In this document: positions 1 through 9,097 of the stretch, in pieces
Layout of the letters: each line of letters starts with the position of its first letter
Position numbering within the stretch: the stretch's first letter is position 1
IMG/VR virus record: IMGVR_UViG_3300020183_005033
Coordinates: 32,001 to 96,000 of that record
DNA: 64,000 nucleotides
Reading direction: 5' to 3' (one strand)
Source: a virus
Made by a program: the position numbers and the translations under genes
The notes under the pieces: generated by a model
Told to the model about the DNA's origin: nothing
Database searches by the model: none
Seen by the model: the letters and a program-made list of their open reading frames with translations, nothing else

Positions 1-152
1 CAGGCAAAATGCCAAGAGATGTAAAGTATGCGCCACAGCTAGTGTTGTGTGATTATTCGACAGTGCGAGACGGGCCAGAAAACTCAATTGATTGGTTCAA
101 CTTGCCTGAATTGCAAAATTGGGAACAATACCTTATTAAGCCTGCGAAATGA
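1..152 (+). CDS. 3' end of a CDS running in from the left edge (possibly a neck/head-completion protein)
   Basis: Frame from nt 3 is open (GKMPRDVKYAPQLVLCDY...YLIKPAK) to TGA at 150-152. Confidence 0.6.
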   Translation, partial: GKMPRDVKYAPQLVLCDYSTVRDGPENSIDWFNLPELQNWEQYLIKPAK

Positions 153-163
153 TAGGAGAAAAA

Positions 164-985
164 ATGGAAGACGTTAAGCCTCAGCCGCTAGAACAAGAAG
201 AAGAAAAAGTAGATGCCGTCAAAGACGTAAAGAAACTCGTCGAGGCTTTCTCCGCTGTCTTTAGGCACCAACATGGCCAAGAACCATCACAAGAAGACAT
301 TGCAAAATTCTTGGCAGAATCTGGTCAAAAAGAACAGCCTGCAGAAGAAATGTCAAAAGAAGATTCACCAAGTGTACTCAAGTACAAGGTCATCTTTGGT
401 AAGACAAGCAAGCCTTTGTTCTTCAGTGACGGCGCAAAATACTTTGATTGCCACTCAGAGCAATGGCACGACGAAGCTCCGTCTGTCATCTCGGAGCTCA
501 ATGAGCGTCCTATCACGACAGCCGACTTGTACTACGCTATTATGCACGGCCTAGTTAACGATATGGACTATGAGCGTCTCTCTGAGAAAAAACTTGTTCC
601 ACAAGAATCTCAAAAACTTTATGAAAAACTTAAAAAACTTAATGACACAGTGGAGCAGCTCAAAATGAGCCACGGTGAATCACTTGAAAAAGCATATGGC
701 GAAGACGAGTTTGACTCGGCGGGTACATTGCCACTTGACATTAGTTCTCTCGAAGATGATTCGTTTGAAATTGATGACCAAGACTTTTCTCATTTCCCCG
801 CAGAAGAAATCGGTACAGATGTTGTTGCTGAAATTATGCGCTTGGCAATGGAAGAAGGTCTGGCTCCCGAGCTAGAAGCCGCAATTCGCCGCATTGTGCG
901 CGAAGAGATGGCTGCGGCTTCTCAGCCACAAGCACCTGTTGAACCAGTCAGCGATGAGCAGATTCAAGGTTTGGAAATGAAATAA
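164..985 (+). CDS. Acidic hypothetical protein, probably head-associated
   Basis: AGGAG RBS before ATG 164; very E/D-rich; has an LEKA motif like the putative maturation sites. Confidence 0.6.
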   Translation: MEDVKPQPLEQEEEKVDAVKDVKKLVEAFSAVFRHQHGQEPSQEDIAKFLAESGQKEQPAEEMSKEDSPSVLKYKVIFGKTSKPLFFSDGAKYFDCHSEQWHDEAPSVISELNERPITTADLYYAIMHGLVNDMDYERLSEKKLVPQESQKLYEKLKKLNDTVEQLKMSHGESLEKAYGEDEFDSAGTLPLDISSLEDDSFEIDDQDFSHFPAEEIGTDVVAEIMRLAMEEGLAPELEAAIRRIVREEMAAASQPQAPVEPVSDEQIQGLEMK

Positions 986-1746
986 TGGCTGACCTTGGCG
1001 ATATTATTGAGTTTTTTGAAAACTATGTAAATGCTGTAGAGAACGCAGTTGAAAGGGCAATCTCTTCAGCGCCCTTACTTATTCGCCAAGAATTTGCCGC
1101 CCAAGCCAGAAAAAATCTCAAGACTTCCATCGACGAATACATGGCCTCTTTGGACATTAAGCTGACGGACAATGTTCTTATTGTTGACCTAGACAAAACC
1201 TCTTGGTTAGCAAATGCCGTTGAGAATGGAGCCAGTGAGTTTGACATGAAGACAACTCACCTCAACGGCCCCAACGTCAAGTTCTCTAAAAAGGGTTACC
1301 GCTATATGTCAATTCCTTTGCCAGTCTACAAAGACAAAGGACCAATTGCCGGCACAGACAAAGCCCAGTTGCTGCAGGATAAGATTAAGGCGGCTCTTAA
1401 GGACCCGTCGTTTAGTGCCCCAAGAATGGCTAAGAACAGAGATGGCTCTGCAATGGTAGTTGAGCGTCTATTGACCGCTGACCCACAGCTTAAGGGCATG
1501 ATTCGCACAAGTCGGTTTGGCTCACTAGAGGACGTTGCTAAAGGTGCTCGACCCAAGAACGTCCAGTATACTTTGTTTAGGACTATGTCACAGAATCCTT
1601 TGTCTAAGTCAAAGTGGGTACACCCTGGTATCAAGCCACGCCGCCTGTTTCCTCGTGTTCAGAACTTTGCAGACTCGACAATGCTTGACTTGATGATTGA
1701 TATCATTCAAACTGAAATGGAAAATTATTTAAGGGGGAACGGCTGA
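985..1746 (+). CDS. Putative neck/head-tail joining protein
   Basis: Motifs ANAVENGASEFDMK, GYRYMSIP and FRTMS...WVHPG resemble SPO1/Twort-like neck proteins; coupled to its neighbours. Confidence 0.55.
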   Translation: MADLGDIIEFFENYVNAVENAVERAISSAPLLIRQEFAAQARKNLKTSIDEYMASLDIKLTDNVLIVDLDKTSWLANAVENGASEFDMKTTHLNGPNVKFSKKGYRYMSIPLPVYKDKGPIAGTDKAQLLQDKIKAALKDPSFSAPRMAKNRDGSAMVVERLLTADPQLKGMIRTSRFGSLEDVAKGARPKNVQYTLFRTMSQNPLSKSKWVHPGIKPRRLFPRVQNFADSTMLDLMIDIIQTEMENYLRGNG

Positions 1747-2735
1747 TGGGCATGTATTTGGCTGACTTAGCCGTCATGACAACAATTCAAGCTGGACTTC
1801 AGCACCTTAAAGAAAACCCAGACGAATTAGAATATTTGTTGTCTAATTATATTGACTTATGTATGATTAATAAGCTAACAGGCGGCTATAAATACGTCAA
1901 GATGCTTATGGACGTTGTGCTGCAAAAGACTGGTCAACAGATTATCGTAGACGAGTATTACACTCAAAATACAAGCCCAAACTACGCTATTTACGTTATA
2001 TCGTCCGGCGGCGAGACGAATAAGTTTTTTGGAGATTATGGTCAAGAAGAACCACAAGCTATTGACCCCAAGGTCTATCTCGTTGGCGACGCACTTAAGA
2101 CTAAAGGCAAGGATAAGTTGGTGTTTCTGAAGTCTACGGGCATCTTAGACGCCGTATCAGTTGGAATGAAAGCTCATTTGTCTACCCCTGAAGGTCAGTT
2201 CTCGGCTACAGTCAAAGCCATCTTTCCTGATAAGAAAGACCTGCCAGACGCTCCATCGACAGAAGGGTTTAATAACTCTGACTCAATTACAGTCATCTTA
2301 GACAAGCCCATTCCTTACTTTGAAAGCAAGCCCCTGCTTAAGGGTTGGAGCTTTAAATCAGCCCATGATGCTCGTACAGCCGTTATTAATGCATCTGGAG
2401 ATGCAGTCAACGTAGGTATCTTGCTTAAGACAGCAGGCGATATTCAGCTACACAAGTTGTTTTGCCTTGTGCTGCGTTATGTTCTGAAGAAGGGTCGCAT
2501 GACTCTTGAGAATCAGGGTTTGCAAATAGCAACGATTAGTCAAGGTTCTCCAGAAGAAGATGGTCAGTCTCAGGACGTGACTTTTACTACGACTTTCGGG
2601 ATTAGGGCAACTGCATTTGACTTTTGGGTTGACAAAAAGATATATTCACCAGATAAGATGTGTTTACATGTTGATGGAGTGTCTTACGATGGCTCGTCAA
2701 TAGTTCCAGTTTATCCAGTTAGAGAGGAAGATTGA
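1746..2735 (+). CDS. Putative tail-completion/neck structural protein
   Basis: 329-aa ORF overlapping the upstream stop; structural gene context. Confidence 0.45.
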   Translation: MGMYLADLAVMTTIQAGLQHLKENPDELEYLLSNYIDLCMINKLTGGYKYVKMLMDVVLQKTGQQIIVDEYYTQNTSPNYAIYVISSGGETNKFFGDYGQEEPQAIDPKVYLVGDALKTKGKDKLVFLKSTGILDAVSVGMKAHLSTPEGQFSATVKAIFPDKKDLPDAPSTEGFNNSDSITVILDKPIPYFESKPLLKGWSFKSAHDARTAVINASGDAVNVGILLKTAGDIQLHKLFCLVLRYVLKKGRMTLENQGLQIATISQGSPEEDGQSQDVTFTTTFGIRATAFDFWVDKKIYSPDKMCLHVDGVSYDGSSIVPVYPVREED

Positions 2736-3322
2736 CTATGTCAAAGAAAAAAAAGTTTTCATCTCGCGTAGTTGAGTCTGTAGACCCAATGAGCGCATTT
2801 ATTGATGACTCAAATGAGCTAGCCGAACCAGAAGCAGAGCCTGCGCCTGTAGAAACTCCTGCGGAAGAGAGTCAGCCCGTCGCTGAAAAACTAAAAGACG
2901 CGCTTAGTGATGCTATTGAATTTGAAAAAGGAAATAAAGAAGTTGCTTTTGCTCATGCAATGAGCGCCGAAGAAGCCCCTGCTGTTATTCCAGAAGCACC
3001 CAAAGAAGCCAAAAAAGTAGATGTTCTCGACATGTTGCATGACACGACAATGTCCCCCAAAGTCGCTGTTCTAGAAAAGAATGCGATTCCTCTACAGCTT
3101 CAGAACCAAGAGGCAGATAAGACTCCCAAGATTGATGTGAGTAATAGTCAGATTCCTTTGTTTGATTTACTAGAGGTCGCTCGTCAGCATGCAAATGGCT
3201 ATCAGGCAACATGGGACGCTTCAATCAAAGCTTATGCAAGGCATATGGGGTTTCCGGCAATGGCTTCAATGGAAGACTGCAGGTCTTTCTTAGTAAAGTG
3301 GGGAGCAAAACTTAAAGATTAA
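2732..3322 (+). CDS. Hypothetical protein
   Basis: GAGGA RBS; Pro/Glu-rich N-terminus and compact C-terminal domain. Confidence 0.6.
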   Translation: MTMSKKKKFSSRVVESVDPMSAFIDDSNELAEPEAEPAPVETPAEESQPVAEKLKDALSDAIEFEKGNKEVAFAHAMSAEEAPAVIPEAPKEAKKVDVLDMLHDTTMSPKVAVLEKNAIPLQLQNQEADKTPKIDVSNSQIPLFDLLEVARQHANGYQATWDASIKAYARHMGFPAMASMEDCRSFLVKWGAKLKD

Positions 3323-3342
3323 TTATTTTTATAGGGGGATTT

Positions 3343-3891
3343 ATGAAGATTGCTTTTGGTTATAAGGCTCGCTCAGGAAAAGACACTTCAGCAGAATATC
3401 TTCAGGGACAATATGGAGGGCAAATTTTTAAGTTTGCTCAACCCATCTATGACATCATGAAGGCTACTCATGAGATTGCAGGAGTAGATGCCTTTAAGGA
3501 TACTAAGTTGCTAACTTGGGTTGGAACAGACTGGGGTCGCTCTATTAATGAAAAGATTTGGATAGACCATTGCCTAAACAGAATCCATCAGGCCGAAAGA
3601 CAAGGTTGTTATCTTTCTAACGAAGCCTTTGTAAACAATTTTTATATCACAGACGTTCGGTTCCCAAATGAAGCCGAAGCACTTAAGAATAATGGATTCT
3701 TTCTTGTTAAAGTAGACAGAAGAACCCGTCCACAAGAAGAAAGAGCTGCTCATATGTCAGAGAATGCACTAAATGATTATAAAGGTTGGGATTTTGTGAT
3801 TGATAATAATGGACACCTTGAAGACCTTTACGAACAGCTCCAGTCAATAGTTCAAGTTATTAAAATTTCAGAGAAATATAACATAAAATAA
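3343..3891 (+). CDS. Deoxynucleoside monophosphate kinase (T4 gp1-like)
   Basis: N-terminal P-loop GYKARSGKDT, FAQPI, GTDWGR, ITDVRFPNEAE, HMSE and DFVIDNNG motifs. Confidence 0.9.
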   Translation: MKIAFGYKARSGKDTSAEYLQGQYGGQIFKFAQPIYDIMKATHEIAGVDAFKDTKLLTWVGTDWGRSINEKIWIDHCLNRIHQAERQGCYLSNEAFVNNFYITDVRFPNEAEALKNNGFFLVKVDRRTRPQEERAAHMSENALNDYKGWDFVIDNNGHLEDLYEQLQSIVQVIKISEKYNIK

Positions 3892-3948
3892 CTCTTGGCG
3901 AGTCGGTTAAAATTGTGTAGCTTCTAACGGCAGCCAAGGAGAATTAGG

Positions 3949-4920
3949 ATGCTCATAGAGCCACGTCTTTATTATAAACCATTCCAATATTCCGAAGCAT
4001 ATGAATTTTTTCTTAAACAGCAGCAGGCTCATTGGCTTTGGACAGAAGTCAACATGGGGCCAGACATTAAAGACTATAATGAAAACCTAACTGAAAATGA
4101 AAAAAAAGTTGTTATCAGGATTCTTCGTTTGTTTACAACCATTGAAATCGACGCGGAAGACTACTGGTCATCAAACGTAGCTAAGTGGTTTAAGCATCCA
4201 GAAGTGCAACAGATGGCAGCCACTAATGGGGCATTTGAAAGTATCCATATTGCAGCCTACGACCATTTATCAACCTCACTGGGTCTTCCTTTATCTGAAT
4301 ACGAAGAATTTTTAAAGAATCCTGCTATGAAAGCTAAGAAAGATAAGTTGGCTACAATTCTAAATGATACGGAAACCCTAGAGGGCAGGGCTCGCTCGTT
4401 GGCGGTTTTCTCGGCCTTTACCGAAGGCGTATCTCTTTTTAGCTCATTTGCCGTCTTGATGAACTTCTCACGGTTTAATAAGCTTAAAGGCGTAGCTAAT
4501 ATTGTTAGCTGGTCGGTTCGAGACGAAGGGCTGCACTCCGATGCGGGTTGTTGGCTGTTTAGAACTCTGATGTCTGAGCATCCTGAAATTTGGACTGATG
4601 AGTTTAAAAAAACTATCTATCAGGCAGCCAGAGACATTGTTGAACTAGAAGACGACTATATTGATGCCGTATTTGATGAGGCTGAAATTCAAGGAATTAC
4701 TCCTAAGCAACTCAAGGCATATGTTCGATATAGGGCTAACACCAAGTTGCAAGACTTGGGACTAAAAACTAATTGGAAGAATATTGATGTTGAGTCGGTA
4801 AAAGCTATTACTGGTTGGTTTGATGTGCTAAGCTCCGGCAACGAGCATTCTGATTTTTTTGCCCTAAAGAGTACAGCGTATTCAAAGGGACACGTTGATT
4901 GGTCAAAAATTAAGTTTTAA
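3949..4920 (+). CDS. nrdB: Ribonucleotide reductase class Ia beta subunit
   Basis: Di-iron motifs ESIH...Y, EGVSLFSSFA, RDEGLH; C-terminal DFF...TAYSKG. Confidence 0.96.
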   Translation: MLIEPRLYYKPFQYSEAYEFFLKQQQAHWLWTEVNMGPDIKDYNENLTENEKKVVIRILRLFTTIEIDAEDYWSSNVAKWFKHPEVQQMAATNGAFESIHIAAYDHLSTSLGLPLSEYEEFLKNPAMKAKKDKLATILNDTETLEGRARSLAVFSAFTEGVSLFSSFAVLMNFSRFNKLKGVANIVSWSVRDEGLHSDAGCWLFRTLMSEHPEIWTDEFKKTIYQAARDIVELEDDYIDAVFDEAEIQGITPKQLKAYVRYRANTKLQDLGLKTNWKNIDVESVKAITGWFDVLSSGNEHSDFFALKSTAYSKGHVDWSKIKF

Positions 4921-4932
4921 TGGAGTCTTTTC

Positions 4933-6618
4933 ATGGAATTAGAAGAACTCAAGAAACAAGGCGAAGCTCCTGAGTTTCTAACTGAAATCGGATATAAGAC
5001 TTTATTGGGAGGCTATCTTCTTCCAAACGAAACGCCCAAAGGTATGTGGGTTCGCGTTGCTCGTACAGCAGCTAACATTCTTAAGAAGCCAGGGCTTGAA
5101 GAAAAGTTTTTTAATATATTGTGGAAGGGTTGGATAGGACTAGCTACTCCTGTAGCCAGTAACTTGGGCACCAACAGAGGCTTACCTATCTCCTGCTATT
5201 CAATTTCCCCAATGGATTCAACTAGTTCCATCTTACAGAAGGGTCATGAGCTTGCCATGCTCACAAAGAATGGAGGCGGCGTTGGTGTCTATATGGGCGA
5301 CCTTCGTCCCGCTGGCTCTAAGATTAGTACAGGCGGAACATCTGAAGGCATGATTCCGTTTGCCAAAATTTATGACTCTATTACAGTTGGCATTAGTCAA
5401 GGCAACGTGCGTCGTGGTGCAGCAGCCATCTATCTTCCTGTTGACCATGGAGACATTAAAGCGTTTTTGCGTATGCGCCGTCCAGAGGGTGACCCCAACC
5501 GTCAGTGCCTTAACCTTCATCATGCTGTTTGTATCCCAGATAGCTTTATGCACAAAGTTGAGTCAGGCGATGAGTCGTCCCAAGAGCTACTAAGAGAGAT
5601 CTATAAGGCACGTCTTGAGACAGGCGAGCCCTATATCTTTTATTCAGATAACGTAAACTCACAAAATCCAGAAGCGTATACAAAAAATAACCTAAAGATT
5701 TCAACTAGTAACATATGTTCCGAAATAGTTTTATATACAGACAGCGACCATACTTTTGTTTGCTGTTTGTCTTCACTCAATCTAGCCAAGTGGCATGAAT
5801 GGAAAGATACAGACACAGTAGAGCTGTCTGTTTATCTTCTTGATGCAGTCTTAACTGAGTTCATCGAGAAGGCTCAAAAGCTGCAGGGCTTTGAAGCCGC
5901 TGTTCGCTCTGCTATTAAGGGCAGAGCTTTGGGGCTAGGTGTTATGGGCTGGCATACACTGTTGCAACAAGAGCACGTAGGGATGGGTTCGTTTAGAGCT
6001 AAGATTCTTAATAAGGCCATCTTTAAGAATATCCAAGAGAACGCTCTAAACGCATCTAAAAAACTCGCTAAAGAATTTGGCGAACCAGAATGGTGCAAAG
6101 GAACGGGACTAAGGTCAACTCATTTAATTGCCGTTGCTCCCACAGCATCAAACTCTCTTATTACCGGCAACATTTCGGCAGGCGTTGAGCCAATCAATGC
6201 TAACGCTTATGTAAAGAAAACAGCTAAAGGAACCTTTATTGAATTTAATCCTCTCCTAAAAAAGAGACTACAAGAACTGGGCAAAGACACGGAAGAGGTG
6301 TGGAACGCTATTGTTAAGGACGAAGGGTCGGTACGAGGATTAAACTTTTTGTCAGATGAAGATAAAGATGTTTTTAAAACGGCTTTTGAGATTGACCAAT
6401 TGACTTTAATTGACTTGGCGGCAGACAGACAACCATTTATCTGTCAGGCACAATCGCTCAATCTTTTCTTCTCGAAAGACGTTGAGCCCCAATATTTTCA
6501 TGATGTTCATTGGACGGCATGGCAGAAAAAAGTTAAGACTCTTTATTATGTACGCAGTTCCTCTGTCTTGAGAGCTGACTTGTCTTCGAGGGGGGAGTGC
6601 GTTGCTTGCGAAGGCTGA
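4933..6618 (+). CDS. nrdA: Ribonucleotide reductase class Ia alpha subunit (short form, no ATP cone)
   Basis: PISC, QGNVRRGAAA, SNICSEI, VCCLSSLNL, APTASNS, KTLYY and C-terminal CVACEG. Confidence 0.96.
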   Translation: MELEELKKQGEAPEFLTEIGYKTLLGGYLLPNETPKGMWVRVARTAANILKKPGLEEKFFNILWKGWIGLATPVASNLGTNRGLPISCYSISPMDSTSSILQKGHELAMLTKNGGGVGVYMGDLRPAGSKISTGGTSEGMIPFAKIYDSITVGISQGNVRRGAAAIYLPVDHGDIKAFLRMRRPEGDPNRQCLNLHHAVCIPDSFMHKVESGDESSQELLREIYKARLETGEPYIFYSDNVNSQNPEAYTKNNLKISTSNICSEIVLYTDSDHTFVCCLSSLNLAKWHEWKDTDTVELSVYLLDAVLTEFIEKAQKLQGFEAAVRSAIKGRALGLGVMGWHTLLQQEHVGMGSFRAKILNKAIFKNIQENALNASKKLAKEFGEPEWCKGTGLRSTHLIAVAPTASNSLITGNISAGVEPINANAYVKKTAKGTFIEFNPLLKKRLQELGKDTEEVWNAIVKDEGSVRGLNFLSDEDKDVFKTAFEIDQLTLIDLAADRQPFICQAQSLNLFFSKDVEPQYFHDVHWTAWQKKVKTLYYVRSSSVLRADLSSRGECVACEG

Positions 6619-7057
6619 GGAATTAATCAAAGAAGACGACCACTTCATTGCTTACGCAAACATCGTAAGCAAGTTTTCTCCTGATACTAAAAGACGAGTA
6701 GGCGCTGTTGTGGCCAAAGATGGTCATAAGTTATCAGACGGTCACAATAAGCCAGTCCCAAACAAAAAGATTGATGATTATTTTTGTCAGTCAAAACAGC
6801 CATTTATGATTCATGCCGAAATGGATGCTTTATTGAAGCTCACGTCAAAACAAGCTAAAGACGCCACTATCTATATTACTTTAGCGCCTTGCGCAGAGTG
6901 TTGCAAATTGATAGCTGCTTGTGGTATTAAGAGAGTGGTTTACAGAGACGACCACAAAGAATCAAATATCAATTATTTAAGGGGGTTAGGTATAGAAGTT
7001 GAAAAATACGGTGAAATTACTTTTGGTTGTGATAAAATTGAATCATTGCAGGAATAA
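6602..7057 (+). CDS. dCMP deaminase family protein
   Basis: VGAVV, HAEMDAL and PCAECCK zinc motifs; GGGGGAG RBS before TTG. Confidence 0.9.
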   Translation: MLAKAEELIKEDDHFIAYANIVSKFSPDTKRRVGAVVAKDGHKLSDGHNKPVPNKKIDDYFCQSKQPFMIHAEMDALLKLTSKQAKDATIYITLAPCAECCKLIAACGIKRVVYRDDHKESNINYLRGLGIEVEKYGEITFGCDKIESLQE

Positions 7058-7094
7058 ACCTGTACAATCCTAAAATAGAATAGGGGATTTCTCC

Positions 7095-7589
7095 ATGGCT
7101 CACGCACGCGAATTAAAACTATTGCAAGCTCTCGTTGACACTCAGCTTAAGTCATTTGGCTGGAAAGACCCCAAGGCTCTTTTCGTCGGTCAAGACGGCG
7201 AAGGCTATGCAGCTCTTTATGTAAACTTTACAGACGCTACACGTAGCACAAACGATGTCGCTGCCCTTGTTCGTTTGATTCCAGCAGGCGACGGACTTCC
7301 AGCTTCAATGTTCACCCTTAGCCACAGCGGCAACGCTCCAATTCATGGCTCCGTTCATGCTTTGGTTGCTGTCGAGGCTCCGTTGGCACCTATGGGTGAT
7401 CACGCTAAATTTGTTCAGGATTTGGTTCATTGCCTCCGTGGTCAACTTGGCTCACCAGTTGAGCTTAAGGTTACCGCTAATGGCGTGCTTCCTGCTCTTA
7501 AAGGCGTTGATGGCGCTGGCGCTGACAGTCTCCCAGCAGACTCAATGGCTCTTGCTCCTTCTCGTACAGCGGTTGTTGGCGGCGTTTAA
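7095..7589 (+). CDS. Putative abundant virion (head decoration-like) protein
   Basis: Codon usage resembles the capsid gene; lies directly upstream of the scaffold-like gene. Confidence 0.4.
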   Translation: MAHARELKLLQALVDTQLKSFGWKDPKALFVGQDGEGYAALYVNFTDATRSTNDVAALVRLIPAGDGLPASMFTLSHSGNAPIHGSVHALVAVEAPLAPMGDHAKFVQDLVHCLRGQLGSPVELKVTANGVLPALKGVDGAGADSLPADSMALAPSRTAVVGGV

Positions 7590-7628
7590 TAACGCTGTCA
7601 CTCCCTTTAAACTCAAGGAAAAGAACAA

Positions 7629-8360
7629 ATGGATATCAAAAATTTGCTAGAAGAAATCAACAGCTTGACAGAGCAAGTTGAAAAGCTTGCAAAGTCAGAC
7701 ATGTACAAGGCAGAAGGCGAAGAGAAAGAAGAAGGCGCTGAGATGGAAGGCGGCGAAGCTGCTCCTGCTCCAGAAATGGAAGGCGGCGAAGCTGCTCCTG
7801 CTCCAGAAATGGAAGGCGGCCAACCTGACCAAATTGAAGACCAAGCTGACCAACTTGAAGATGCCGCTGAAGAAGGTGGAGAGTCGCTAGACGAAGTCGT
7901 TAAGGCTCTTGATGACGAAGATCTTCAGGAACTCATGGCTGCTGTTCAGGCTGAAATGGCTCAACGTCAAGGTGGTGCCGAAGGCGCAGCTCCTGCACCT
8001 GCTGCTCCCGAGATGGGCAAAGCTGTCCCTCCAATGCACAAAGCTATGGACGACATGAAAAAGACTATGGACGAAATGAAGAAGTCAATTGACGGCCTCC
8101 GCGCTGAAAATGCTTCTCTCAAGAAGTCAACTCCTGTCAGCCGTCCTGCAGCAATGAACCGCGCTGAAGTTCAGACAATGGCTAAGTCGGATTCTGTTCC
8201 AGAGATGCTCAATAAGTCCGAAGTCGTTGAGTATCTTCTCAACACCAAGGCTCCTGTAGCTCTTGTTCAGGATGCTAACTGGGCTAATAGTCCCGCCGAG
8301 CTTCGCGATGTTTATTCCAAGGCTGAACTCATGGGCGTGAAAATCCCAACTAAGAAATAA
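7629..8360 (+). CDS. Putative prohead scaffold/core protein
   Basis: Acidic coiled coil with multiple LAKS/MGKA/MKKS/LKKS/MAKS/LNKS sites matching the capsid maturation site. Confidence 0.65.
   Translation: MDIKNLLEEINSLTEQVEKLAKSDMYKAEGEEKEEGAEMEGGEAAPAPEMEGGEAAPAPEMEGGQPDQIEDQADQLEDAAEEGGESLDEVVKALDDEDLQELMAAVQAEMAQRQGGAEGAAPAPAAPEMGKAVPPMHKAMDDMKKTMDEMKKSIDGLRAENASLKKSTPVSRPAAMNRAEVQTMAKSDSVPEMLNKSEVVEYLLNTKAPVALVQDANWANSPAELRDVYSKAELMGVKIPTKK
7743..7820 (+). repeat. 33-bp tandem repeat, about 2.4 copies (MEGGEAAPAPE)
   Basis: ATGGAAGGCGGCGAAGCTGCTCCTGCTCCAGAA repeated directly. Confidence 0.95.
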
Positions 8361-8381
8361 TTTCTTAGTTTTTTAACTAAG

Positions 8382-8424
8382 GGCGGCTCTTTTGTATGAG
8401 AAACATGCACTTGAGCCGCTTTTT
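8382..8424 (+). terminator. Possible intrinsic terminator after the scaffold gene
   Basis: GCGGCTC ... GAGCCGC inverted repeat followed by TTTTT; the loop is long. Confidence 0.45.
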
Positions 8425-8442
8425 GTTTGGTAAAATAAAGAT

Positions 8443-8709
8443 ATGAAATTTATCTGGACGGACAGACGACTTTTTGCAGGGCTATTTGCCATAACGCTAT
8501 TGGCGTTGCTGGCATGGAGGTCTTCGTCATCTGTAACAGGTGATTTTATTTGGGCAATTGTGACTATAGTCGGTATCATTGGTGGTTCTAATGCTTGGCA
8601 AGCTGCACAGATTGCTAAGCATGGTAAGGGTTCGGGAGTTATAAATGTCAGAGAAGAAGAACAACAGCAGCCGAAAACTCCAAAGCGTGAGCAGCCCAAG
8701 AACCAGTAA
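8443..8709 (+). CDS. Small two-TM membrane protein, holin-like
   Basis: Two hydrophobic segments and a charged C-terminal tail. Confidence 0.5.
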   Translation: MKFIWTDRRLFAGLFAITLLALLAWRSSSSVTGDFIWAIVTIVGIIGGSNAWQAAQIAKHGKGSGVINVREEEQQQPKTPKREQPKNQ

Positions 8710-9097
8710 GATAGTAGTCCAACAAGCTTCTGTTTCAAATGAAGTGATTGTTGAAAAACTATCTGAACTGTCTGACCACGTTAAAGATATTAAAAAGAAT
8801 GTAGAAGCTGTAGAAGTTCTGTCAATTAATTCTGACAAAACCCTAGCCGTTCAGGCACAGCAACTTGCCGAGCATATGCGCCGCACCGATGCACTTGAAA
8901 ACCTTGTTAAACTCAATAAAGTAGAATTAGAACATCAAGATGCTCAAGTGTTTACAGAACAAAAAGAACTACTTACTAAAGTAAGTGAAGTGTCAACTCA
9001 AATTTCAAACATTAAAAACTTTGTTGCTTGGTCTGTTGCGGGTATTGGCTTAATTGCCAGTGTTGCGCAGGTCGTTATTAGATTGTTGGTGAAATAA
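8645..9097 (+). CDS. Coiled-coil protein with C-terminal TM helix (lysis-associated?)
   Basis: Heptad pattern followed by FVAWSVAGIGLIASVAQVVIRLLV. Confidence 0.5.
   Translation: MSEKKNNSSRKLQSVSSPRTSKIVVQQASVSNEVIVEKLSELSDHVKDIKKNVEAVEVLSINSDKTLAVQAQQLAEHMRRTDALENLVKLNKVELEHQDAQVFTEQKELLTKVSEVSTQISNIKNFVAWSVAGIGLIASVAQVVIRLLVK

Noticed and set aside
3949-6618. Introns or inteins in nrdA/nrdB
   Set aside because: Both ORFs are compact and uninterrupted, with no homing endonuclease or intein motifs seen
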